A stretch of 64,000 nt of DNA from an uncultured Gemmatimonadales bacterium (GCA_963816355.1 CAWFKH010000003.1:928001-992000), one strand, 5' to 3'. Counted from the first letter of the stretch, positions 30,847 to 42,130 are shown. Numbers and translations: made by a program. The notes: generated by a model from the letters alone, not told the origin.

Positions 30847-33800
30847 CTACGGCCGCTCCGTCCGCTCCGGCCGCGGCCGCTCCGGCCCCGGGTCCTCCCG
30901 CGCCGCCTTCTTCAGGTACGGCACGCCCGCCGTCATCCACGCCGGCGCCGGCGCGCCCTTGAGGTAGTGGTCGAAGAACTGGAAGAAGCGCGTCGTGAAA
31001 TCCTTCCGGTTCCCCAGCTTGCTCAGGTGGTGGCCCTCCCCCGGGTACGCGAGCAGTATGGCGTTCTTCCCGTTGAAGCGGAGCGCGTTGTAGAACTTCA
31101 GGCTCTCGTTGAACGAGACGGTGGGGTCGGCGGTGCCGTGCAGGATGAGGAACGGCTGCCTCACCTCGGGGACGTGCGCCAGCGCGGACTCGTCGCGGTA
31201 CACGTCCGGCTTCTGCCATGGCGAGACGCCCCAGCGGCCCTGGCCGTAGATGTAGTACTGGTTGCCGTTCTCGCCCGAGCCGCCGCTCACCTGGTAGGAC
31301 CAGCCCCACTCCTGGCTGAAGTCGGTGTACAGGTCCGTCACCCCGGCGCCCTCGCCGACCGCCGCGAACAGCTTCGAGCGCGTGCCGATGTACGCGGCCC
31401 CTTCGCCTGCATAGCTATGGCCATGCAGCCCGATGCGCTCCGGGTCGGCGTACCCCAGCGCGATCACCTTTCGCGTCGCCGCCTCCACGCAGTCGAGCTG
31501 GTCGTCGTGCGACGAGCCGGTGTTGTAGTAGATGTCCGGCAGCATCACGATGTAGCCGCGGCTCACCGCCTCGATCGCCGGCCGACCCATGCTTACGAGC
31601 AGCTCCGGCATCGGGTAGCGGTCGAGGTTCTGCGAGTTCTTCTCGTAGAACGTGACGAGCATCGGCCGCTTCTCGCCGGGCTGGTAGTCGTCCGGCAGCC
31701 AGAGCATGCCCTGCAGCGCGTGGCCGCGGCGGTCCGTGAAGTCGAACAGCTTGCTGTGGCCCCACCGGTATTCCGCCTGCTGCGGATTCGAATCCGTGAT
31801 CCGCTTCGCCGTCGCGAAGTCCGGCCCCGAGACCCGCAGGTCCGGCGCCTCCGTGAACGTCTCGCGCGTGAACAGGAAGCGCTCGGCGTGCGCGGCCCTG
31901 TCCGGAACGCTGAACTGCGCGTCGTCGTAGACCACCTCGCTCAGCTTGCCGCCCGCGAGCCGATAGAATCCCGCCTTCTTCGTCAGCTCGCCGAACGCCG
32001 AAAGGGTCAGCGGCTTCGAGAGGTCGTACACGCGGCCGGTGCGCACCGGCCGGCTCGCCAGCGAGTCGATCGGCTCCGGCCGCACCAGCCGCAGCACGAT
32101 CCGGTTTTTCGCGCCGTAGCCGTGGGTGATGTCGCGCGCCTGACCCCCATCGAGCGGCAGCGTCCACAGGTCGTAGCGGTCCTCGACGATGACGCTCCTG
32201 CCGTCGCTCGTGTAGCCGGCGACGCCCCACGGCGGATGCGGCCCGGGATGATCGTACGTCGTGTCGACGAAGCTCGGCGCGCCCCGTCCGAGCGGCGTGG
32301 AGACGCCGCTGCCGAGGTCGTACGCGTGGAACCGATCGTCCTTCCAGTACAGGAACGTGCGGCCGTCCGGCGAGATGCCGAAATCCCCGCCGCGCGTGAG
32401 CTGATCCTTCAGCATCGGCGTGCGCTCGCCGGTCGCGGTGTTCACGCGGTAGAAGTCCGCTGCCGCCGGGCTTCCAGTCGGAGATGTAGGGCCGATCGTC
32501 CGTGCCCACGGCCCACGTGCCGTCCGTCGAGACCTCCAGGCCGCGCATCGTGGAGTCGCTGAGCGCGACGTACCTGCGCCGCGCAACGTCGAACGCCTCG
32601 CGAAACGTGAAGTCGCGGTCACGCCGGGCGCGGATCATCTGCGCCGACTGGATGAAGCGGTCGGCCGTGCGCCAGACATCCACGTTCGCCGTGGAATCGC
32701 TGCTCTCGACCGCCGCCGTGTCCGCTGCCGGCGTCTGCGGCATCGCGCCCAGGAACACGCGGGCGCCGTCCGCGCTCCAGGTGAGCGGCGCGCGGTCGCT
32801 GATCACCCAGCCGTCGGGGAAGCCGGACGACGTCGCATCGAGCGTCGCCGGCGCGAGCTTCGGGTCGCGGAGCGCCGCGCGCACGTCCGGCACCACGAGG
32901 AGCACGTTGTCCCGCTGCAGCATCTTCGCGACGTCCTCGCCCTTGAGCACCGCGAGGCCGTTCCCGGCCTCGTTCCACGCCAGGCGCGCGTAGATGCGCG
33001 CGCCGTTGTCCACGGCCTGCGCCGCGCCTCTCGCCAGGTCCATGACGTACAGCCCGTTGGCGTCCCTCACGTCCGCGTCGACCGTGTAGGCCAGCAGCGT
33101 GCCCGCGCGGTTGAACGCCGCCTCACCCACGCTGCCCAGCAGTTGGCTGCGTCCGGTGGTCAGGTCGACGAGGATCGCGTCGGAGCCGTGCGCGGGCGGC
33201 TCCCCGCCCCCGGCCCCGCCACCGGCGCCGCCGCCGAAGCCGCCGGTACGGCGGCCGCGCGGCGCCGGACGGTCGCGCAGCAGCACGAACTTCGAGTCCC
33301 GCGAGAAGACCGCCGACTGCATGTCATGCCAGACCCGTGTCCTGCCGGTGGTCAGCTCGCGGAGCGCCATGCGGTGGTGCACCGTCGGACCCCGGCCGGC
33401 GCCGCGACCGCCCGTCGGCGCACGCTCCGCCCCCTGACGGCGCCTCCGTCGAGTCCGCGCCCCGGCCCCGGCCGCGACCGCGCGCCGCCGTCGAGTCGAC
33501 CTCGAACGCGATCCACCTCGCGTCGGGCGAGAACTCGCCGTTCGATGCACCCGCGATCGCCGTGTCGCGCCCCGTCCCGGGGTTCAGGATGTGCAGCTCC
33601 GGCTTCTCGTCGTCGCGCGCGACGTTCGTGTGGCGGTACACCCACGTGACCCAGCGCCCGTCGCTCGAGATGCCCGCGTCCTCGACCGTCCGCCAGCGCG
33701 AATAGTCGTCCACCGTGAGTACCTTGGCGGCGGAGTCCGGTGGCGGCGGCTCGAGAGCGGTGATCGACGCAGGTGCGAAAGCGACGCGGGCGGGCGAGGC

Positions 33801-34040
33801 GCCAGCCGGCGCAGGAGACCGGGCGGCGACCGGCACGGGCGCGCGCGGGCCAGCCGGCGCAGGAGACCGGGCGGCAGCCGGCACGGGTGCGGGAGCGCCA
33901 GCCGGCAAAGGCGACCGGGTGGCAGCCGGCACGGGTGCGGGCGCGGCGCGCGCGGGCAACGCCACCACCAGCAGGACGGCCCCGGCAGCGGCGGCTCGGA
34001 TGGAGGTCGAAAGCGGGCGCATCGTCGCGGATTTCATCAT
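30847..34040 (-). pseudogene. S9 prolyl oligopeptidase-family secreted peptidase split by two +1 frameshifts (pseudogene or assembly error)
   Basis: Three consecutive frames join if one base is removed from the C5 run at 33430-33434 and from the G3 run at 32468-32470; GHSYAG, HGTAD, YPGEGH catalytic motifs. Confidence 0.85.
33801..33944. repeat. Three 48-bp coding tandem repeats (PAPVPAAARSPAPAG-like linker)
   Basis: Units start at 33801, 33849 and 33897. Confidence 0.8.
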
Positions 34041-34815
34041 GCCTGTCGATCGTGTGTTGTCGGTGGGAGGGTCTCCAGCAGTCACCTGCCAGGCGCGCAC
34101 AATAGCCCCCCGCCGCGCGGGGCGCGAGCGTGTCGCGAACGGCGGTGCCGCCCACGCGTCGGCCGCAACGCGGACGACCCTGCCGACGCCGAAAATCGCG
34201 GCGTCGCGCCAGGCGGGCGGCGCGCGGGCGGCGTCGCGCCAGGCGGGCGCCGCGGGCGGCGTCGCGCCACGCGGGCGACGTCGCGCACGCGGGCGACGTC
34301 GCGCCCGGCGGCAGGGGCCCCGGCGCCATCCCGGCATCGCGTAGCAAACCCTGCCGGTCGCTGCTCACCCAATGCATCAATGGAGGATTTGCCGCGCCTG
34401 GCGCAGCAAACACTCCCCGCGTCGTTCGACCGTCCGGACAATGGGAGCGTTGACCGCGAATCGCGCGGCCAACGCTCCCATCCAGGTTCGCGGGCCACCC
34501 ATTGGTAGGGTTCTCTGCCGTCGGAAACGATCCCCACCTCGCGAGCGCACACCGCCCGCCCTGCGCTTCGACGAAGAAGTCACTGCCGCGCGCTTCGATG
34601 GCCGTCACCGGCGCGCCACGCGGTGCAGCGCTGTCACCGCCGTTCGCTTCGACGCCGCCGCCCGCCAACCGAGCGCCTCCGCGACCCGGACGTATCGTCG
34701 CCCTCCCGAAGCCGGAACGGCGGGGCGGCGCATCCCCCCCCCTCCCGTCCTCGCGCCGCCCCGCCGTTCCCATCCTCACGCCCAGCCCAGCTTCAGGCGA
34801 GGCGAGCCCCCGAGC

Positions 34816-36378
34816 TCAGGAGGTGGCTGCGGCGCTCGCCTTCGCGGGCGTCGGGTGCTTGGTGGAGGCGATGAAGTTGGCGATGTCCTCCTTGAGCTGG
34901 CGCGCCGAAGCCTGGTTGAGGTACGCCATGTGGCCGCTCTCGTAGTACTTGAACTCGACGCGGTCCTGGTACGTCCTGTCGAAGCCGAGGTGACGGAACG
35001 TGTATTCGGCGTTGGCGAACGGCGTGGCCATGTCGTAATAGCCGGCGCCGACCATGACGTGCAGGTAGGGATCCTTCGCCATCGCGAGACGGAGCGACTC
35101 GACCTCGTTCGGATAGCCGAAGAAGCCGCCGCCCGCGTAGTCCCAGCGGCCGGTGTGCCCGCCCATGTAATACTGCAGGTTGCTGCGGTAGCCGAGGTCG
35201 TTGTGCAGGTAGCGCATGAAGGCGGACATGAACGCACCGGAGGGGGCGACGTCGGACGGATCGTAGTCCTCGCGCGTGCTCGTCGCGTTGCCGTTGATGC
35301 CGATCATGCGGCTGTCGTAGCGGCCCACCGTCTCGCGCTGGTCGCGCAGCAGCTCGGTGCGGTAGGTGCCCGGGTCGATGCGCAGGTTCGTGTTCAGGGC
35401 GAACGCCTGCGACACGCCGGTCAGCCGCGCCAGCTTCTGTGCGACGTCGCTGCGCTGCGCCTCCGTCAGCTCGTTCCCCTTCGCCAGCGCGGTGAGATAG
35501 TCGCCGAAGGCGTAGTCGCGCGACTGCTGCACCGCCTGCTCGAGGCTCTGGCTCTGCAGGTCGCCGGGCAGCTTCTTGTGGTACCAGGCGGTCGCCGTGT
35601 ACGTCGGCAGGAAGGCGGCGTACCCGATGTCGTTCGTCGGCGACGGCGCGATGTACTGGAAGTCGAGCACGGTGCCGAGCAGCATGATCCCGTTCAGCTC
35701 GATCCCCTCGCTGCGCTGCAGCTCGGAGGCGAGACCGGCGGAGCGGAACGTGCCGTAGCTCTCGCCGAAAAGGTACTTCGGCGATGCCCAGCGATCGTAC
35801 TTGTCGAGGTAGTTGCGGATGAACTGGCCGAACATCTCGATGTCGTTCACGGCGCCGGTGTAGTCGGACGCCTTGACGCCCGGTCCCGGCCGCGAGTAGC
35901 CGGTCATCATCGCGTCGACCTGCACCAGGTCGGTGACGTCGAGCGGCGTGTACGGGTTGTCGACCAGGTCGTACGGCGGCGCGGGCTGCGAGCCGTTCGG
36001 TCCCATGTTCGGGTGCTTCGGGCTCATGATCCCCATGTCGAGCCAGATCGACGCCGAGCCCGGTCCGCCGTTGAAGAAGAAGGTCACGGGGCGCGTGGCC
36101 GCGTCCTGGTCGTCGCGCGTGTAGGAGATGTAGAACACGGTGGCCGCCGGCTTCCCGTTGTCGTCGCGCAGCACCATGGTGCCGGCGTGCGCCGTGTAGG
36201 GGATCGACTTGCCGTCGATGGTGATCGCGTGCTTCGTGGTCGACACCTTCTCGACCGGCGCGACCGCCTCGGAGCTGTCGGCGCCGGCGGCGGGTGCGCG
36301 TCGCGGCCGCTGGGCGGCCGCGGGAGCCACCGCCGCAAGCGATGCGCCGATGCCGAGCACGAACAACCATTTCCGCAT
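34816..36378 (-). CDS. S10-family serine carboxypeptidase, secreted
   Basis: FNGGPGSAS, GESYG, GYYDMATP, YESGHMAY. Confidence 0.93.
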   Translation of the reverse strand: MRKWLFVLGIGASLAAVAPAAAQRPRRAPAAGADSSEAVAPVEKVSTTKHAITIDGKSIPYTAHAGTMVLRDDNGKPAATVFYISYTRDDQDAATRPVTFFFNGGPGSASIWLDMGIMSPKHPNMGPNGSQPAPPYDLVDNPYTPLDVTDLVQVDAMMTGYSRPGPGVKASDYTGAVNDIEMFGQFIRNYLDKYDRWASPKYLFGESYGTFRSAGLASELQRSEGIELNGIMLLGTVLDFQYIAPSPTNDIGYAAFLPTYTATAWYHKKLPGDLQSQSLEQAVQQSRDYAFGDYLTALAKGNELTEAQRSDVAQKLARLTGVSQAFALNTNLRIDPGTYRTELLRDQRETVGRYDSRMIGINGNATSTREDYDPSDVAPSGAFMSAFMRYLHNDLGYRSNLQYYMGGHTGRWDYAGGGFFGYPNEVESLRLAMAKDPYLHVMVGAGYYDMATPFANAEYTFRHLGFDRTYQDRVEFKYYESGHMAYLNQASARQLKEDIANFIASTKHPTPAKASAAATS

Positions 36379-36555
36379 GGGGAGCCTCTCCGCGTCTGGG
36401 TTGGATGGCTGGGTTCGGGGCTAATTACGTAAGAGGCGCCCGCCGGTTCCACCCGCTTCCGTGCGGCTACGGCTGCGCGCGGCCCGAGATGCCCCGCCTC
36501 GTGCCGCGCGCCAACGTAGCCGACCGACGGACGCGTTGCACCTCTGCGCCGCCCC

Positions 36556-38388
36556 CTACAGCACCGTGATCGTGACCGTCGCGTCGCTCGTACCGAGGCC
36601 GTTCGCGATGCGGTACTGGAAGGTGATGTCGCCAGTGAAGCCGATCGGCGGCGTGAGGCTGAAGCTGCCGTCGGCGTTGACGCGCAGGAATCCCTGGACG
36701 CCGAAGCCCACCTTCTGACCGGCGACGAAGCTGGTCGCCGTGCCGGCCAGGCTGCCGCCGCCGAAGCTGACCAGGCTCGCGAGAGGCGCCGCACGGTCGT
36801 CGTTCGCCAGCACGCCCAGCGGACCCACGTCGAGCTGCGTGCCCGCCGCCGTCGAGAAGGCGTCGTCCGCCGCGGTCGGCGCGTGGCCGACGACGATCGA
36901 GACGGTGGCGTCGCCGACACCCGCCGCGTTCTGTGCCCGGTAGTTGAACGTGAACGTGCCCACGAAGCCGGCGCTCGGCATGAACGCGACGCTGCCGTCC
37001 GCGCCCACGCGGATCGAGCCGCCGGTCCCGAACGTCGTCGTCGTCCCGGCGGGGAAGGCCGTCACCGCCGCACCGAGGCTGCCCCCGCCGTAGGAGACGA
37101 TCGGCGCCGCCGGCACCGCCGTCGTGTCGTTGGCGAGGAGCCCCGGCGCCGGCACGCCGAGCTGCGTGTCCTGCGCCGTCGCGAGCGTGTCCGCGCTCGG
37201 GGAGGGCGCCCGGTTCAGCCGCACCGTGATCGTCGCCGAGTCGCTCGCGCTGCCGCTCGTCACCCGGATGCGCGCGACGCCGTTCGCCACCGCGCTCACC
37301 AGACCCGTGGCCGAGACGGTCGCGACCGCGGCGTTCGAGCTGCTCCACGTGAGCGCCGGCGCCGCGATCGGCTGACCGTTCGTGTCGAACGCCGCGACCG
37401 TGAGCTGCAGCGTCGGCATCGCCGTGCTCAGCGTGTCGGCCGACGGACTCACCTTCACGCTGTCCGCGTTCTGCACCACGCTGACCTGCGCCACGCCCAC
37501 CGCGCTGCCCTTCGTCGCCCGCACCTGCGCGCCGCCCGCCCCCTTCGCCGTGGCCACGCCGCTCCCGTCGACCGTCACCACCGCCTCGTCCGACGACGTC
37601 CACGTCAGCTCCGCCGCCGTGACCGCCACCGCGTGGCCCGTCCGGTCCAGCGCCGTCGGCTGGAACTGCACCGTCTGGCCCAACGCCGTGAGCTGCGCCG
37701 TCGCCGGCGCGAGGTCGATCGAAGCCGGCTGCGGCATCACCGTCACCGTCGCTTCGCCGCTCGCGCCATCCAGCTTCGCCCGCACCGTCGCGTCACCGGG
37801 AGCCACCGCCGTCACCGTGCCGGTGCCGTTCACGCTCGCGATCGCCGGCGCGCTCGACGTCCACTCCGCAGAACGGCCGGTGATCGCGTTGCCGTTGGCG
37901 TCGCTCGCCGCCGCCTGCAGCGCGCCGGTCGCGCCGATCGCGTCCAGCAGCAGCGTCGCCGGCGTGACCTCGATCGACGCCGCCGGCCCCGCCGCGGCGC
38001 TCGCGTGGAAGAGCGCGGACGCCGTGCCGACCGTCACCCGCACGCTCTGCTCGCCCGCCCCGGGCCCCAGCGTCCAGTTCGCCCGCGTGAGACCGCCGGC
38101 GTCCGTCGCCGCGCCCACCGCCTCCACCGAACCGGCTCCCGACACCACCTCCCACGCGGCCGTCGCCCCCGCGACCACGCCGCCCTGCGTGTCCGCCGCC
38201 CGCGCGACCAGCGGCTGCCCCACCGCCGTCCCGGCCGTCGCCTGCTGCCCCTCGCCGCTCACCACGGTGACCGCCGCCACCCGCGCCTCCGGCGGCCCCG
38301 CATCGTCCTTGCAACCCGCCGCGAACAGGGCACACGTGAAGCCCGCGATGAGCGCCAGCGAGCACGACCGGAAATGGGACGCGTTCAT
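36556..38388 (-). CDS. Surface lipoprotein with tandem Ig-like (Big_2) and two cadherin-like/Ig domains
   Basis: Lipobox FAAGC; repeated WTSS..AVATV...G.VTA; two copies of AP.A.DD...G.LAND...GGGSL...DGS..F.P..GF.G..TF.Y. Confidence 0.85.
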   Translation of the reverse strand: MNASHFRSCSLALIAGFTCALFAAGCKDDAGPPEARVAAVTVVSGEGQQATAGTAVGQPLVARAADTQGGVVAGATAAWEVVSGAGSVEAVGAATDAGGLTRANWTLGPGAGEQSVRVTVGTASALFHASAAAGPAASIEVTPATLLLDAIGATGALQAAASDANGNAITGRSAEWTSSAPAIASVNGTGTVTAVAPGDATVRAKLDGASGEATVTVMPQPASIDLAPATAQLTALGQTVQFQPTALDRTGHAVAVTAAELTWTSSDEAVVTVDGSGVATAKGAGGAQVRATKGSAVGVAQVSVVQNADSVKVSPSADTLSTAMPTLQLTVAAFDTNGQPIAAPALTWSSSNAAVATVSATGLVSAVANGVARIRVTSGSASDSATITVRLNRAPSPSADTLATAQDTQLGVPAPGLLANDTTAVPAAPIVSYGGGSLGAAVTAFPAGTTTTFGTGGSIRVGADGSVAFMPSAGFVGTFTFNYRAQNAAGVGDATVSIVVGHAPTAADDAFSTAAGTQLDVGPLGVLANDDRAAPLASLVSFGGGSLAGTATSFVAGQKVGFGVQGFLRVNADGSFSLTPPIGFTGDITFQYRIANGLGTSDATVTITVL

Positions 38389-38663
38389 GTGCCCTCTATG
38401 GGAAGAATTTCTGGATTCGGTAGCGACGGGCAGATCCGCCCGTACAGAAGACGCGTCCAAACGTCCGTTTCTGACAGCCGCCGCTTGCCGATTCGACGGG
38501 CCGACCCCATCCTGCACCCGCGGACGAGGCCGTTCTGCAACGCTCCCTCTCATTTTCAGGATTTTTTCGCCAGCCGCCGGACGACGCCGCTCCCTGACCC
38601 GCCACGCCGGCGCTGACCGCCCGCCCGCTCGCGCACCGCCACCCGCACGCGAAAGGAACCACC

Positions 38664-40145
38664 ATGCAGCCCCTCACCCTGCCGAGCCCCGCCGACATCG
38701 TCAAGCGGCTGAAGGAGAGCGATCCGGGGGCTCCGCCTCTCCTGCCCGAGCGGTGGGAGGCGACGGTGTTGCTGACGCCGTACGGCGACGAGACGTCCGC
38801 GCTCGAGAACTACCGCCAGCTCGTGATCGCCGACGTCGAGTACGACTGGACCTACGGGGCGATGGTGCTCGACCTGTACCTCACGCAGAGCCTGCAGGTC
38901 TTCCGCTTCTTCTTCCTCGACGGCGCGTGGTACTGGGTCGAGATCGGAGCGGGCGGGACGCCGGACACGCTGCTGGGGCCGTTCGCCACCACGCTGCAGG
39001 TGCCGGGGCCGGACCTGCTGTCGAAGTCGACGTACGGCGGCAACTGGGGGATCACGGGCACCGCGTGCAACCACTGGGTCATCCCGACGAACGAGCCGGG
39101 CGTCCCCGCGCACGGAAGCTGGTTCGCGACGCGCCGGAGCGACGATTCGCTCTATCGCATCTTCACCTTCGACTCGACCAACGCGCTCCAGCTCCCGATC
39201 CTCGGCGCGTACTACCTGGCGCACCTCCCCACCTTCGCCCCGCTTCCGGCCGCTTCCGCGAAGCTCACCGCGCTCGTCGCTGCGGCGCGCGCGGGCAAGG
39301 TCGAGGCGGCGCCCACCGGCTTCAGCAACCCGCTGGTCACGCAGAACGACATCCAGAGCGTCATGGCGGCGCCGCTCTCGCCCCCGGCCACCTGCACGGC
39401 GGCCGACCTGCAGGCGCTGATTCCCGGCTTCGTCGCGGCGCCGAGCGGCGTGACGCTCCCCGTCTGGGCCGACAGGACCGGCATCTTCGCGATGACGCTG
39501 GGCACCGACTTCATTCCGTACGTCACCCTGGTCAGCTACTTCTACAGCTACGGTCGCCAGCAGAGCGTCTTCATCGGGCTCGGTCAGGAGGCGGGGCAGG
39601 GGAGCTACGACGACCGTCAGGACTGCGTCCTCTATCCCACCTACACGAACGTGCCGCAGTACTACCTGCAGAACGGCGATTGGGCAGTCAACTGCTGCAG
39701 CAGGATCCCGAACATCGGCGTCCCGCGCCCGGATTGGGTGAGCGCCGCGGTGCAGGCGTTCGGCGGCGGCGTCGCGGCGTCGATCAGCGGCAACCCGGAC
39801 TTCGGCCTGAAGCCGGACGAGACGCTGAACCTGATCGACTGCATGATGCCGCGCGACGACGACGTCATGTCGCTCTTCTGGGTCTGGTTCAACCAGGACC
39901 AGGTGGGCGTGCTCTTTTCCGAGTCGAACTACGCCCAGTCCGTCACCGCGCACAACCTGCAGCTCATCGACTACCTCGTCTTCGTCCGCGACGCCGACTG
40001 GATCGACCCGAGCAGCTTCACCGATCCGTGCGCGGCCGGAACCGTGCCGCCGTGCCAGCCGCAGGATGCCGAAGCCGGGTGGAAGGTGAAGGGCCCGCGG
40101 CACGTGGGGGGACCGGTGTCGCGTCCGCAGCCGCTCGACGCGTGA
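38664..40145 (+). CDS. Hypothetical protein with two internally related beta-rich domains (possible ependymin/LolA-like fold)
   Basis: AAGGA RBS, strong GC3 codon bias; paired motifs PERW/PVW, YDWTYG/YFYSYG, VPGPDLL/VPRPDWV; C-terminal IDPSSFTDPC. Confidence 0.7.
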   Translation: MQPLTLPSPADIVKRLKESDPGAPPLLPERWEATVLLTPYGDETSALENYRQLVIADVEYDWTYGAMVLDLYLTQSLQVFRFFFLDGAWYWVEIGAGGTPDTLLGPFATTLQVPGPDLLSKSTYGGNWGITGTACNHWVIPTNEPGVPAHGSWFATRRSDDSLYRIFTFDSTNALQLPILGAYYLAHLPTFAPLPAASAKLTALVAAARAGKVEAAPTGFSNPLVTQNDIQSVMAAPLSPPATCTAADLQALIPGFVAAPSGVTLPVWADRTGIFAMTLGTDFIPYVTLVSYFYSYGRQQSVFIGLGQEAGQGSYDDRQDCVLYPTYTNVPQYYLQNGDWAVNCCSRIPNIGVPRPDWVSAAVQAFGGGVAASISGNPDFGLKPDETLNLIDCMMPRDDDVMSLFWVWFNQDQVGVLFSESNYAQSVTAHNLQLIDYLVFVRDADWIDPSSFTDPCAAGTVPPCQPQDAEAGWKVKGPRHVGGPVSRPQPLDA

Positions 40146-40201
40146 GCCGCGGCCGCGGCGCCCCGCCGGGAGGCGGCGACGTCCCGCTCAGCGGCGGTGC
40201 T

Positions 40202-42130
40202 TCAGGCGGCGACGGCGATCGGGCCGACCACCTGTGGTCCGCCCGCTTCGACGAACTGCACCCCCGCCCGCTTCACCGCCGCTTCGGCGCGCGCGACGAC
40301 GTCGGCGAAGCCGGGCAGCGCGCGCACCGGCTCCAGCCACGGGTCCTGACGGAGCTGGTACGCGCAGCAGTACCCCATTTCCAGCACCTCGTCCAGGTGC
40401 CGCAGCGCGCCCTCGGCGTCGCCGACGTGTGCGAGGTGGCGGATGGCGTAGAAACGGCCCTCCGGGTCGCGGACGTGCTCGAGCGCCTCGTTCGCCGCCG
40501 CGAGCGCCCGCTCGTCGTCGCCATCCAGGATGGCACGCAGCGAGGCCAGGTGGTGGCTCGCCGTCGTGCCGGCGGCGCGCGTCTCGCTCTCGCCGAGCAG
40601 GCGCAGCGCGTCCGCCTTGCGGCCGAGCATCGTCAGCGCGAGCGGCGCGAGGTAGCCGATGTCGCCGAACGCTTCCTCGACCACACGGTCGTAGCGGCCG
40701 AGCATGAAGAGCGTGTTGCCCACCGTCGTGGCGATCTCCGGATCGAGCCGGCGCGCGCGCAGGTGCGCCGCCGCCGACGCCTCGAGCAGACCCGCGAAGC
40801 GGCACGAGTGGACGACGCCGGCGAACAGCTCCGGATCCGCGTCGCTGTCGCGCAGGCACTGGATCAGGCGCGTCATCGCGGACGGCGCACGGCCCAGCTC
40901 GACCTCGAGCTGCGCGAACAGATGGTGCGCGATCGGCAGGTCCGGGTTCAGGTCGAACGCGTGCTGGAACGACGCCTCCGCCTCCGCCCGCATCGTGTCC
41001 CGCACCGCCGGGTCCAGCGACCACTTGGCCAGCAGCCGGTAACAGCGGCCGAGCCGTGCCCACGCGGGCGCGTATTTCGCATCCTCGTGCAAAGACTCGA
41101 GATAAAGCTTGCGAGCATCCTCCCAGCGCCCCGTCTGGTGGCTGAGGTGGTTCGCCCGCAGGTACTGCTCGTACGCGTGCGCGCTGCCCGGCGCGTCCCG
41201 GTGCAGCCGCATGCGTTCGCGTGCCGTCAGCGACACCGACAGCGACTCCAGGATGCGGCGCGACAGCTCGTCCTGCAGCGCGAAGAGGTCTTCCAGACCG
41301 ACCACCGTGACCTCCGACCACAGGATCGTGCCGTCCGGCGCCTGCGCGAGCTGTGCGGTGAGTCGGAGCTGGTCTCCGATCCGCAGCAGCGTGCCGCTCA
41401 GCACCGCGTTCACGCCGTGCCGCGCCAGCTCGCCCAGGTCCGGCGCCTCCTTCGCGTAGCGGCTGCTCGTGATCATCGAGCGCACCACCAGCGAACGCAG
41501 CCCCGCGAGCGAGCAGCTGATCGCGTCCGGCAGGCTGGACGACAGGAACTCCGTCTCCTCGTCCGGACGCAGCATGCGGAACGGCAGCACGATGAGCTGC
41601 GTCCGTTCCGGGTCGCCGCCCCCGCCCCCTCCCGCTCCGGCCGCGCCGCCCGGCTCCTGCCGCGGTGGCGACGCCGCGCCCGCAGCGCCGCGCCGGCCGC
41701 CCCCGTCCGCGGCCGAGCCGGGGACGCCACCCCCGCCCGCGCCTCCTGCCGGCACCGCGGCGTCGGCCCCGGCGCCGCCGGCGTGGCCGCCGGCGTGGCT
41801 CGCCGTCTCCGGCCGCTCCGGCGCCGTGACGGCGGCGTGCCCCGCGTCGCCGTGCCCGGCGAGGTCGCTGAAGTGGGTGGGCGGCGTACGCTGGATCCCT
41901 TCCGGCGTGATGTCGTAGGCCCACGCGAGGATGAGCGCGATCGGCAGACCCAGGATCAGCAGCACGATCACGAACGTGAGCGTCCAGGCTGGCAGCTCCA
42001 GCGCCGGAAGGACAATGCTCGATCCTTCCGCGAGCATGTAAGACACGGCGCCGTACACGAGCAGGACGCGGAAGACGCGTCGTCGCTTCAGCTCATCGAT
42101 CAGGCGAGCGACCATTCCGGACGTGGCCAT
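40202..42130 (-). CDS. Membrane-anchored TolB-like/TPR protein of the 'ELKRRRVFRV' type
   Basis: Two N-terminal TMs (…GLPIALILAWAYDITPEG), G/A/P linker, IVLPF..L, AYEQYLRA, TPR helices, DPWLEPVR. Confidence 0.82.
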   Translation of the reverse strand: MATSGMVARLIDELKRRRVFRVLLVYGAVSYMLAEGSSIVLPALELPAWTLTFVIVLLILGLPIALILAWAYDITPEGIQRTPPTHFSDLAGHGDAGHAAVTAPERPETASHAGGHAGGAGADAAVPAGGAGGGGVPGSAADGGGRRGAAGAASPPRQEPGGAAGAGGGGGGDPERTQLIVLPFRMLRPDEETEFLSSSLPDAISCSLAGLRSLVVRSMITSSRYAKEAPDLGELARHGVNAVLSGTLLRIGDQLRLTAQLAQAPDGTILWSEVTVVGLEDLFALQDELSRRILESLSVSLTARERMRLHRDAPGSAHAYEQYLRANHLSHQTGRWEDARKLYLESLHEDAKYAPAWARLGRCYRLLAKWSLDPAVRDTMRAEAEASFQHAFDLNPDLPIAHHLFAQLEVELGRAPSAMTRLIQCLRDSDADPELFAGVVHSCRFAGLLEASAAAHLRARRLDPEIATTVGNTLFMLGRYDRVVEEAFGDIGYLAPLALTMLGRKADALRLLGESETRAAGTTASHHLASLRAILDGDDERALAAANEALEHVRDPEGRFYAIRHLAHVGDAEGALRHLDEVLEMGYCCAYQLRQDPWLEPVRALPGFADVVARAEAAVKRAGVQFVEAGGPQVVGPIAVAA

